This document shows, piece by piece, positions 29,923 to 37,469 of a DNA stretch of 64,000 nucleotides. A program made the position numbers and the translations under genes. The notes under the pieces were generated by a model that saw only the letters and a list, made by a program, of their open reading frames with translations, had not been told where the DNA came from and did no database searches. Origin of the DNA: an uncultured Lachnospiraceae bacterium (GTDB taxonomy: Bacteria > Bacillota > Clostridia > Lachnospirales > Lachnospiraceae); assembly GCA_910586255.1 (NCBI GenBank), contig CAJUHR010000025.1:5177-69176 (forward strand). Reading direction: 5' to 3'. The stretch's first letter is position 1. Every line of letters begins with the position of its first letter.

Positions 29923-30109
29923 TAACATAATCATCGCCGGGAGTTCTTCCATGGCAATGGTCAATGCAGATTCTGCAGGAGTTCCATATAAAAAATTCAT
30001 GAAATTGGTTTAAAAAAAGAAAACAGAGTTGTGGTACAGCAGAATATTTTGTATAATGATATAAGAATATCATTTGTCAGTCATTCTGCTGTGGAGAGGG
30101 GGCTGAAAG

Positions 30110-30997
30110 ATGATAATATCGCCAAAGTATGATTATTTTATGAAAGAAATGTTCCATAATTCCGTGGTGCTACGCTATTTTATCGGAGATGTGCTGAAAA
30201 TACCGCAGGAACAGATTCTCAATATCCGTTTGAGAGACACATTTCTCAGGAAACGTTTGAAAAAGCAGAAGCTTGGAATCCTGGATGTGGTTGTGGAACT
30301 GAATGATGACATTAAAATCAATATAGAGTTGCGGGTAAAAGTGTTTGAGTACTGGGATCGGAGACAGCTTTTCTATCTTTCAAAGCTATATACAGAAGAT
30401 ATTGTGTCCGGAGAGAATTATTCCTGTTTGAAAAAGACCATAGGAATCAGTATATTAAATTTCAACTTAAGTGAGCACAATTCTTATCACACGATATACC
30501 GTCTTAGAGATAAGGGGGGACATGAATTTTCCGATCAGCTGGAAATCCATGTTATAGAGCTGAACAAGGAACTGACCGGTCAGGGAGAGATCGATGACTG
30601 GATACGATTTTTTAATGTGAAGACAGAGGAGGATATAGAAATGATAAAGACAAATAATCCGGGGATCAGGGAAGCGATTCGTGAGCTTAGGCGGATGAGC
30701 CTGAACAATCCGTTGCGGGTATTACATGAGGCCCATTTAAAGCAAATACGGGATGAAAAGGCGCGGGAATCGTATGTGAGGAAGCAGGGAATAGCGGAAG
30801 GGATAGCCGAAGGAAAAGCGGAAGGGATAGCCGAAGGAAAAGCAGAAGCTATAATATATCTTTTAGAGATGAAAGGCCCTGTTGGGGAAGAACTACAGAC
30901 CCAGATACGATCCGAGAAGAATATAGCTCAACTGGATCAATGGGTCAGGCTTGCAGCCCAAAGCAGGTCTGTGGAGGAATTTCAGAATAAGAAGTAA
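30110..30997 (+). CDS. Rpn/YhgA-like PD-(D/E)XK nuclease family protein ('putative transposase' family)
   Basis: The N-terminus 'DYFMKEMFHNSVVLRYFIGDVL...LGILDVVVELNDDIKINIELRV...RQLFYLSKLY' fits the family pattern. The C-terminus carries a 'GIAEGIAEGKAEGIAEGKAE' repeat. The gene is visibly more AT-rich than its flanks. Confidence 0.7.
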   Translation: MIISPKYDYFMKEMFHNSVVLRYFIGDVLKIPQEQILNIRLRDTFLRKRLKKQKLGILDVVVELNDDIKINIELRVKVFEYWDRRQLFYLSKLYTEDIVSGENYSCLKKTIGISILNFNLSEHNSYHTIYRLRDKGGHEFSDQLEIHVIELNKELTGQGEIDDWIRFFNVKTEEDIEMIKTNNPGIREAIRELRRMSLNNPLRVLHEAHLKQIRDEKARESYVRKQGIAEGIAEGKAEGIAEGKAEAIIYLLEMKGPVGEELQTQIRSEKNIAQLDQWVRLAAQSRSVEEFQNKK

Positions 30998-31026
30998 TAT
31001 AGAAGGCTATGGAAAAATGAAGTAAA

Positions 31027-31089
31027 GAAAAAAGCAGAGGGTGTGGCAAAATCATCAAAAGCAGATGATTGAGTGACACCCTCTTTTTA
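31027..31089. terminator. bidirectional terminator between the Rpn gene (+) and the ComFB-domain gene (-)
   Basis: AGAGGGTGT...ACACCCTCT forms a 9-bp outer stem, with an inner AATCATC/GATGATT stem. An A-run lies on the left and a T-run on the right. Confidence 0.65.
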
Positions 31090-31107
31090 TCTCTGTGGAA
31101 ATTCAGA

Positions 31108-32259
31108 TCATTTTTTGTGGCGGGGATTCTCCCGAACCTTGTTGCAGGCCTTGATCAGCTCTGTCAGCATATAGATTCTGTACTTGCTCTCATAATAGCT
31201 GAGAATCGGTGAGAGAGAATCCTTACTGGTTACAACATATTTGGAAGGAAGCCCGGAGAGAGCCAGTGCGCATACATCGGACACACACCGTCTGCATTTG
31301 CATACATTATATTGCTCCAGGAAATTGTCAATATCCTGACGGAGAATCAGCTGCTCCATAACATTGACGAAATGATACTGGTCATCTGTAAGGTTGCTGC
31401 TGATCTGGCTCTTGGGGATTACCATTTGCGGGGTAATCTTTGTAGGCCCACTGGTCGGAGTAGAAGCCGCCGCATGTTGTGGATTCGGAGCAGACTGAGG
31501 AGCTTCGGAGACCGTGGCAGCCGGGGCCGTGGCCTCAGCTGCGGGCTGCTGAGCACTTGCAAAGGCAGCGGCGATCTCATCCGGGCTCATGGTGCGGCTG
31601 GAGGTCTCGGGAGCCAGGGCCGTCTCAGGGGCCGTGGCCTCAGTTGCGGGCTGCTGAGCACTTGCAAAGGCAGCAGCGATCTCATCTGGACTCATGGTGC
31701 GGTTGGAAGTCTCGGGAGCCGTGGCCGCTTCAGAGGCCAGGGTAGCCTCAGGGGTCGTGGCTGCCGTAGCCGCAGGTTGCTGAGCCGCAGCAAAGGCGGC
31801 GGCGATTTCATCCGGGCTCATGGTGCGGTTGGAGGTCTCGGGAGCCGTGGCCGCTTCAGAGGCCAAGGCGGCCTCAGGGGCCGTGTCTGCCGGAGCCGCG
31901 GGCTGCTGAGCCGCAGCAAAGGCGGCGGCGATTTCATCCGGACTCATGGTCCGGTTGGAAGTTTCGGATGATGTCTGTGCGCTCATAGATGGTGATGCCT
32001 CCTCTTTAGTCTCTGCTTTCAATTCCTGTGCGAGATTGTTTAAAATCTCCTGGGAAACCCGGTCATTTCTGCTTCCCTCATCCACGACCGTGACTTTTTT
32101 GGGAGTGACGGAATGGGACTGAACATCGGTCTTTTTCTCCTGTCCGGTCGCGGCGTCCTGGGAGGGCGTTGCAGGTTCACTGGCCGGCGTGGAATCACCG
32201 GAAGCGCCGTTGGTCAGAAGATCCATTACATGTGAAGTTTTATTTGTTTTTTTAGCCAT
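31108..32259 (-). CDS. ComFB-domain protein with a Lys-rich N-terminal peptide and four tandem 'SNRTMSPDEIAAAFA' repeats
   Basis: The C-terminal ~90 aa, 'VMEQLILRQ...YNVCKCRRCVSDVCALALSGLPSKYVV...', match the Cys-containing ComFB pattern. The middle of the protein is an Ala/Pro/Thr/Glu-rich repeat region. A strong RBS (AAGGAGGTAGCAGACA) precedes the ATG. Confidence 0.65.
   Translation of the reverse strand: MAKKTNKTSHVMDLLTNGASGDSTPASEPATPSQDAATGQEKKTDVQSHSVTPKKVTVVDEGSRNDRVSQEILNNLAQELKAETKEEASPSMSAQTSSETSNRTMSPDEIAAAFAAAQQPAAPADTAPEAALASEAATAPETSNRTMSPDEIAAAFAAAQQPAATAATTPEATLASEAATAPETSNRTMSPDEIAAAFASAQQPATEATAPETALAPETSSRTMSPDEIAAAFASAQQPAAEATAPAATVSEAPQSAPNPQHAAASTPTSGPTKITPQMVIPKSQISSNLTDDQYHFVNVMEQLILRQDIDNFLEQYNVCKCRRCVSDVCALALSGLPSKYVVTSKDSLSPILSYYESKYRIYMLTELIKACNKVRENPRHKK
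31520..31970 (-). repeat. in-frame tandem DNA repeat inside the ComFB-domain gene
   Basis: The core 'gcaaaggc(a/g)gc(g/a)gcgat(c/t)tcatc(c/t)gg(g/a)ctcatggt(g/c)cgg' recurs at about 31559, 31664, 31790 and 31916. The spacings are 105, 126 and 126 bp. Confidence 0.9.
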
Positions 32260-33037
32260 TGTCTGCTACCTCCTTTAAATGGATCTCTGGTGCAATCTCG
32301 TCAAGAAATGCCAGATAATCCTTCACCGCCGATGAGCGGGGATTATATGAAAAGATACTTTCGCCGTGGGCCGGAGCCTCTGCAACCGCAACACCGGATC
32401 GGATCTTTGTGTCAAACACACGGGAGCTGATCTGGTTAGCCAGCTGTTGAGCCATCTCAAGAACATCCCGGGACAAAAGAGTGCGTGCATTGAACCGGGT
32501 AAGCAGGATACCCAGAACATTTAAGCTGGGGTTAAATGTTTCACGAACCGTATCAATGGTCTCTTTTAACTGAGCAAGCCCCACCAGGCTTAAGATGTCG
32601 GATGCCATGGGGATAATCAGAAAATCGGAAACAGAGTAGGCATTGACTGTCAGCAGGTTCAGCGCCGGGGGCGTATCTATGATAATATAATCATACTGGT
32701 CGATAACCGGCTTAATAGCATCCCTGAGAATATACTCCCGCCTGCCCTTGATGGATTCCAGGCCGCTGCTGCTCAGGGTGATATCCGATACCAGAAGATC
32801 GCCGTAATCGCTCTTAAAGAGGGCCTCCTGGACCGGCACAGTGCCCTTTAGCACATCCAGAACGGTGTACGGGTTATCCATTCCCGCTCCAAGACAAAAT
32901 CCCAGGTTGCCCTGAGGGTCTAAATCAATTCCCAGAACCCTTTTGCCTGCAAGGAAAATCCCGGAGGCTATGGCTGCGGATGTAGTAGTTTTGCCGACTC
33001 CGCCTTTCTGATTGGAAACTGTAATAATGATAGACAA
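32252..33037 (-). CDS. orphan ParA/Soj-family (deviant Walker A) ATPase
   Basis: 'VSNQKGGVGKTTTSAAIA', 'IIIDTPPALNLLT' and 'LGILLTRFN' are ParA/Soj signatures. A TTG start follows GGAGGTACCGTT. No ParB-like gene is adjacent. Its stop overlaps the downstream ATG (AATGGCTAA). Confidence 0.85.
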   Translation of the reverse strand: MSIIITVSNQKGGVGKTTTSAAIASGIFLAGKRVLGIDLDPQGNLGFCLGAGMDNPYTVLDVLKGTVPVQEALFKSDYGDLLVSDITLSSSGLESIKGRREYILRDAIKPVIDQYDYIIIDTPPALNLLTVNAYSVSDFLIIPMASDILSLVGLAQLKETIDTVRETFNPSLNVLGILLTRFNARTLLSRDVLEMAQQLANQISSRVFDTKIRSGVAVAEAPAHGESIFSYNPRSSAVKDYLAFLDEIAPEIHLKEVADNG

Positions 33038-33070
33038 AACGGTACCTCCAATGATAGAATAGTAAATGGT

Positions 33071-33151
33071 AAAAATGATTTTTTTAGTTCAGATATTATT
33101 TTTATTATATAACATGTCGATAAATAAGTATAGATTAAAAATGATTTTTTT
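33071..33151. repeat. two perfect 15-nt direct repeats (AAAAATGATTTTTTT) in the divergent parA-like/fliD control region
   Basis: The copies lie at 33071-33085 and 33137-33151, 66 bp apart. A TAGTTCAGA motif also recurs, at about 33085 and 33209. Confidence 0.85.
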
Positions 33152-33242
33152 CTGTGCATTAGGCCCGGAGATAACAGAAATTGGGTTGTTCAATGGGTAG
33201 TTCAGAAGATGAAGGAGATTGGAAGAGAAAGGAGATATAAAA

Positions 33243-36200
33243 ATGGCGAGTATAACATCGACAAGCAGCCTGGGCAATACATCTTTGAGAGGATATGGCG
33301 GTATGGCCTCCGGTATCGACCGGGATGAGATCATAGAGCAGATGACTCTTGGCACTACCACCAAGATTACCAATCAGGAGAAGGATATTACCAAGCTGGA
33401 ATGGAAGCAGGAGGCATACAGAAGCATCAGCGATAAGATTCTGGATCTGTATGACAATTATTCCAGCTACACTTCACCCACCAGTTTAAAAGATCCCAAT
33501 ACTTTTGCCAAGAATTTGATCAGTGTTTTAGGAAAGGAAGAAGCCACCCGGTTTATCACTGCCACGGGAAGCTCGGAGCTGGTGAACAGCGTTTCCGTCC
33601 AGGCCGTTCGGCAGCTGGCTACATCTAGTGTGTATAAGTCGGATGCGAAGCAGGGAGCGCTGACCACCAACTTAAAGGACTTGGAAGGGGCATTTATGTA
33701 CGAGTCCAAGTTGATGGAACGACAGCTTAGGTTTGGCATTGCAAATGGAGATGGAACATATTCTAATACGCAGACCTTTACTTTTCCTACCACCTACAAG
33801 GATAAGGATGAGAACGGAAATGAAGTAACGAAGAAGATTGATTATTTCCTTGGCGAGATAAGGCTGGCAGACGGCACCACAAGACTTGAAACAGAGGAGG
33901 AATATGGAGCGCGTCTGGCAGGGGAGCTGAACAAAGCCCTTGAGCAGTCTGAGGTTACTTTTGGCACAACTGGAGCAGACGGAGCCACAAAAGGTGATAA
34001 GATCGGAGATGTCCTTAAATTTGAATATAAAGACGGTAAGATGAATCTTGTCCAGAAAGACGGCAAAAGTATGGGTAATTACGTCATCCAGGGCAACTCC
34101 ACGGCATTGGGAGCTTTAGGCTTTAAGGGAGAGGTGGGGAATACTGGTCTTAACCTGACGGATTATGAAGCTGGTTTGGATAGTTTTAAGGATTCCGCAT
34201 TAGTACAGACAAGTGCGCTTGATTATCTGGCCGGGAAGAAGCTTACATTTAACTATGACGGCAACAAAAAGGATATTGAGCTGATAACGTCTGAGGAGGC
34301 AAAAAAGCTTTTAGAGATTGGTCTGACTCCTGAGAAGGAAAAGGAGATTAGGGATCAGTTTGCTAAGGACTATGCAGAAGGTTCGGCTCTGAGGAATCAG
34401 GTAATAGAAGATGTCAAAAAAGATTTGGCAAATACGATCAAGGCAGACCTTAGTAAAGAGCTTGAGAAAAAGATAAGAGATCAATTAAAAGACGAATTAA
34501 GACCAGAGATTACTCAAAAAGTTAAAGATAATCCGGATTACAAAGATCTTCCAGAGGAAGAACAAAACAGGATAATCGAGGCAGAGTTAGAAGCGGCTCT
34601 GGGTACTGATGAAAATAAAAAGAAAATACAGGATAGACTGAAGACACAGCTGGAAGCTGAGCTGGCAAAGCCGGAAAATACAGTAGATGGCAAGTATACG
34701 CAAGACCAGATAGATGGTTTTGTTGAAAACAGACTGGATAAAGAACTGGAAAGCCGCATAACTGAGGCTAAGGATGCAAATCGGATGGAACAAATTGCAT
34801 CAAATGTTCAGGAGCGTTTGGACCGGGCTTTTGGTAAGAATGTGGTTTTGGCAGAAGTGACAGACGGAAAATTGTCATTCAGGACGCCAGAGAAATCTTC
34901 TACCACAGCCACCTCCACAATATCCATCACTAGCAATGATCCGGCTGTGCTGTATAACCTTGGCATTGTCAATGGCGCGTCAAATAAAGTAAACTTAGAT
35001 GGGAAATTAAATCAGTCAAGCATTGGCATTGATATGTACAGTGAGGATTATAAGGACGGCCTTGTAATCAATGGTGTGACAATTGGCGGAATTGATGCAA
35101 ACACCAGTATTAGCAGTATTTTGTCCAAGATCAATTCCAATGAAGATGTGGGTGTTAAGGCAACTTATGTAGATGCTACCGGTCAGTTTATGCTTGTGTC
35201 CAATGAGACAGGTGCAGCCAGGGAGATTACTCTGGATTCCCAACTGGCGAAGGACCTTTTTGGTATGCATAAGAAGGACGCAACAGGAGAGTATGAAAAA
35301 GACGCTAACGGAAAGCTTGTGCTTGACAATGAGGCTGGTCTTGTCAAGGGACAGGATGCCATTATTGATGTCAGCTACGGAAACGGTGTGACTGTAACTC
35401 TTGAGAGGGCTTCCAACACCTTCAACTTAGAGGGCATGGAAGTTACCGTATCCGGTACCTTTGGCGGTGAATACAAAGAGACAGGAGCGCTTGATGCGGA
35501 TGGTAACAAGATAAAAGAATGGGAAGCCGACACCTCCGAAGCCGTAAAATTCAGCGCCAAAGCCGATGTAGACAAGGTAGTAGAGAAGGTGAAGAAATTC
35601 TTCGAGGATTTCAACGCCATTGTAACCGAGGTCAACACTCAGGTGACCTCTCGTCCCGACAGCTCCTACGGCCCGCTGACCGATGAGCAGAAGGACGAGA
35701 TGAGCGAGACCTCCATTGAGAACTGGGAGAAGAAAGCCAAGACAGGACTGCTCTTTAACGATTCCACCATGCGGAGCCTGAGCATGGACATTCAGTCCGT
35801 ATATACCAAGCTGATGCGGGAGACCGGCCTAAGCTACGAGGATCTGAAGGAGATGGGTATTACCTACTCCGACAACGAGAAGGACGGCGGTGTGATTGCC
35901 TTTGATGAGACCGCATTCCGCACTGCTATGGAGAGCAAGCCGGAGAAGGTGTCGGCCCTGTTTACCGGAGGAAGCGGTATGGGCAACGGACTGGTGAAGA
36001 TTGTGGAGGATACTTTCACTCCTTACGCCACCCGTTTTGCCAGCAGAAACGGCAATTCTTACGGACGTTTGATTGAGGAGGCCGGCTCGGAGAAGATACC
36101 TACCTCCATCATGAAGAATCAGATTTACAAGGAGATCAAGAATAAGCAGGATTTGATTGAGCAGCTTCGGGCTAAGCTGAAGACAGAGCAGGATCGTTAT

Positions 36201-36281
36201 ATTTCCCAGTTTACAACGATGGAGACAATGATCAACAAGATGAATTCCCAGGCCAGCTATCTCTCACAGATCATGGCCTAA
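33243..36281 (+). CDS. fliD: flagellar filament capping protein FliD (unusually long, ~1012 aa)
   Basis: N-terminus 'GGMASGIDRDEIIEQMTLGTTTKITNQEKDITKLEWKQEAYRSISDKI' and C-terminus 'RYISQFTTMETMINKMNSQASYLSQIMA'. The ATG at 33243 follows AGGAGATATAAAA. Confidence 0.88.
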   Translation: MASITSTSSLGNTSLRGYGGMASGIDRDEIIEQMTLGTTTKITNQEKDITKLEWKQEAYRSISDKILDLYDNYSSYTSPTSLKDPNTFAKNLISVLGKEEATRFITATGSSELVNSVSVQAVRQLATSSVYKSDAKQGALTTNLKDLEGAFMYESKLMERQLRFGIANGDGTYSNTQTFTFPTTYKDKDENGNEVTKKIDYFLGEIRLADGTTRLETEEEYGARLAGELNKALEQSEVTFGTTGADGATKGDKIGDVLKFEYKDGKMNLVQKDGKSMGNYVIQGNSTALGALGFKGEVGNTGLNLTDYEAGLDSFKDSALVQTSALDYLAGKKLTFNYDGNKKDIELITSEEAKKLLEIGLTPEKEKEIRDQFAKDYAEGSALRNQVIEDVKKDLANTIKADLSKELEKKIRDQLKDELRPEITQKVKDNPDYKDLPEEEQNRIIEAELEAALGTDENKKKIQDRLKTQLEAELAKPENTVDGKYTQDQIDGFVENRLDKELESRITEAKDANRMEQIASNVQERLDRAFGKNVVLAEVTDGKLSFRTPEKSSTTATSTISITSNDPAVLYNLGIVNGASNKVNLDGKLNQSSIGIDMYSEDYKDGLVINGVTIGGIDANTSISSILSKINSNEDVGVKATYVDATGQFMLVSNETGAAREITLDSQLAKDLFGMHKKDATGEYEKDANGKLVLDNEAGLVKGQDAIIDVSYGNGVTVTLERASNTFNLEGMEVTVSGTFGGEYKETGALDADGNKIKEWEADTSEAVKFSAKADVDKVVEKVKKFFEDFNAIVTEVNTQVTSRPDSSYGPLTDEQKDEMSETSIENWEKKAKTGLLFNDSTMRSLSMDIQSVYTKLMRETGLSYEDLKEMGITYSDNEKDGGVIAFDETAFRTAMESKPEKVSALFTGGSGMGNGLVKIVEDTFTPYATRFASRNGNSYGRLIEEAGSEKIPTSIMKNQIYKEIKNKQDLIEQLRAKLKTEQDRYISQFTTMETMINKMNSQASYLSQIMA

Positions 36282-36301
36282 GGGAGATAGAAGGGGATCG
36301 G

Positions 36302-36706
36302 ATGAACGGATATAGTCGTTACAAAGAAAAAACTATTTATTCCATGTCAAGTTCAGAGCAGCTTCTGCTGCTCTTTGATGAGGCGATCAGTCGGCTGAAC
36401 CGGGCGGAATACTCTCTGAATGATAAGAATTACCCGGATTTTGAGGACTGTGTCACCAGAACCAGCCGGATTGTCCGCTATCTCATGGACATTCTGGATA
36501 TGAGCCAGCCGATCAGTATGGATCTGAGGAGAATTTACAATTATCTGGTGTATGATCTCAGTATCGTGAAGGCAGGCAGAGAGAGAAGGCAGGATGAGAT
36601 CGGACGTATTCGCCATATCCTTTCCGAGTTGAGGGAAGCCTTTGACGAGGCCAGCAGGAAAGTCAATGATATGCATATGCTTAAGGAAAGCAATATCCGG
36701 GGATAG
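36302..36706 (+). CDS. fliS: flagellin-specific chaperone FliS
   Basis: 134 aa with 'SSEQLLLLFDEAISRLNRAE' and 'RIYNYLVYDL', which are FliS-like. It follows fliD. Confidence 0.88.
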   Translation: MNGYSRYKEKTIYSMSSSEQLLLLFDEAISRLNRAEYSLNDKNYPDFEDCVTRTSRIVRYLMDILDMSQPISMDLRRIYNYLVYDLSIVKAGRERRQDEIGRIRHILSELREAFDEASRKVNDMHMLKESNIRG

Positions 36707-36717
36707 GAAAGGAATTG

Positions 36718-37149
36718 ATGCAGATGGAATTGGACATGACAAAGCTAATGATTCTTCTTCAGAGGAAATACAGTTCCATCCGGGAGATTGACCGATTGAC
36801 AAAGGAGCTGGAAGATGCTTTTGCCAGAAATGACGATGTCTCCGCTGCCATGCTTCTGGAAATGCGAGCGGAGGAGATGGCCAAGGTAGATAATTGCGTG
36901 GGAGAAATCTGGCAGCAGGGGGAGAGCGACAGAAGAGCTCTCCAGAAGCTGAAGGTACTGATGACATCGGATCCGGCCAGAGCAGCTGGGGAAAGTCCTG
37001 AGGAGGAGAAGATTTATGAGATCCGCCGTAAGACACAGACCCTTCTGGAGAAGCTGCGAAAGGCAGATGAGAAGCTGAATCGAAGCGTGACCAGAGACAA
37101 ATCTTTCTATGGACCCGGAGTGAAGGCGAGACAGCCGGTAAGCTTGTAA
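36718..37149 (+). CDS. FliT-like helical protein (putative FliD chaperone)
   Basis: The call rests on its position after fliD-fliS, its ~143-aa size and its helical, charged composition. There is no strong sequence motif. Confidence 0.4.
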   Translation: MQMELDMTKLMILLQRKYSSIREIDRLTKELEDAFARNDDVSAAMLLEMRAEEMAKVDNCVGEIWQQGESDRRALQKLKVLMTSDPARAAGESPEEEKIYEIRRKTQTLLEKLRKADEKLNRSVTRDKSFYGPGVKARQPVSL

Positions 37150-37180
37150 GTGATAAAATCCGTTCCGGAACGAAATATTT

Positions 37181-37227
37181 GGTACTCGGGCTGCACCTTG
37201 CAGCCCCGGTACCTTTCGTTGCTTTTT
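37181..37227 (+). terminator. rho-independent terminator of the fliD-fliS-fliT-like unit
   Basis: GGTAC-tc-GGGCTGCA-cct-TGCAGCCC-c-GGTACC is followed by TTTCGTTGCTTTTT. Confidence 0.75.
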
Positions 37228-37314
37228 CCACTTGGATGAATCGGCAGGGTTTTTAAAATTTGAAATCGCCTGCGGCGATGGGGCATATGCTTTGGCCCCA
37301 TAACTGTACTGGCT

Positions 37315-37344
37315 CATGACTAATCAGCGGAGTGATTAGTCATG
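37315..37344. repeat. perfect 12-bp inverted repeat
   Basis: CATGACTAATCA-gcggag-TGATTAGTCATG. Confidence 0.85.
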
Positions 37345-37362
37345 GTGTGAACAGTAACTATT

Positions 37363-37390
37363 TAAACACACTTTGACCTGGAACCGATGG
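37363..37390 (+). promoter_or_regulatory. sigma-28-type promoter candidate for the second FliD-like gene
   Basis: TAAA (37363-37366), a 16-nt spacer, then ACCGATGG. The core CCGAT is conserved, but the match is imperfect. Confidence 0.35.
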
Positions 37391-37438
37391 ATTATAGTTT
37401 ATTTTGACTGGCAGAAGAATCAAAAATGTTATAAAATG

Positions 37439-37469
37439 GTAAGAGTTCAGGGGTTATCTGAGCTGTTAC
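37439..37469. repeat. GTAACAG/CTGTTAC hairpin repeat (type B), copy 3
   Basis: GTAAGAGTTCAGGGGTTATCTGAGCTGTTAC matches copy 1 at 28 of 31 positions. It lies in the predicted 5' UTR of ORF 37502. Confidence 0.65.

Noticed and set aside
29804-30073. Small overlapping ORFs (29804..30013 plus strand, 29861..30073 minus strand) in the AT-rich spacer before the Rpn-family gene.
   Set aside because: They have no RBS and no recognisable motif, they overlap each other, and they lie across a good promoter candidate. They are more likely non-coding leader or degraded remnant sequence.
31312-31971. A 219-aa plus-strand ORF rich in Arg, Gly and Ser.
   Set aside because: It is antisense to the tandem-repeat region of the ComFB-domain gene. 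Its periodic composition reflects the repeat, and it has no RBS.
32252-33037. Interpreting the ParA-like gene as the chromosomal soj of a soj-spo0J (parAB) origin-proximal locus.
   Set aside because: No ParB/Spo0J-like gene, parS-like site, or origin-region genes (gidB/rsmG, noc, jag) lie nearby. The downstream coupled gene is a ComFB-domain protein. It is therefore treated as an orphan ParA.
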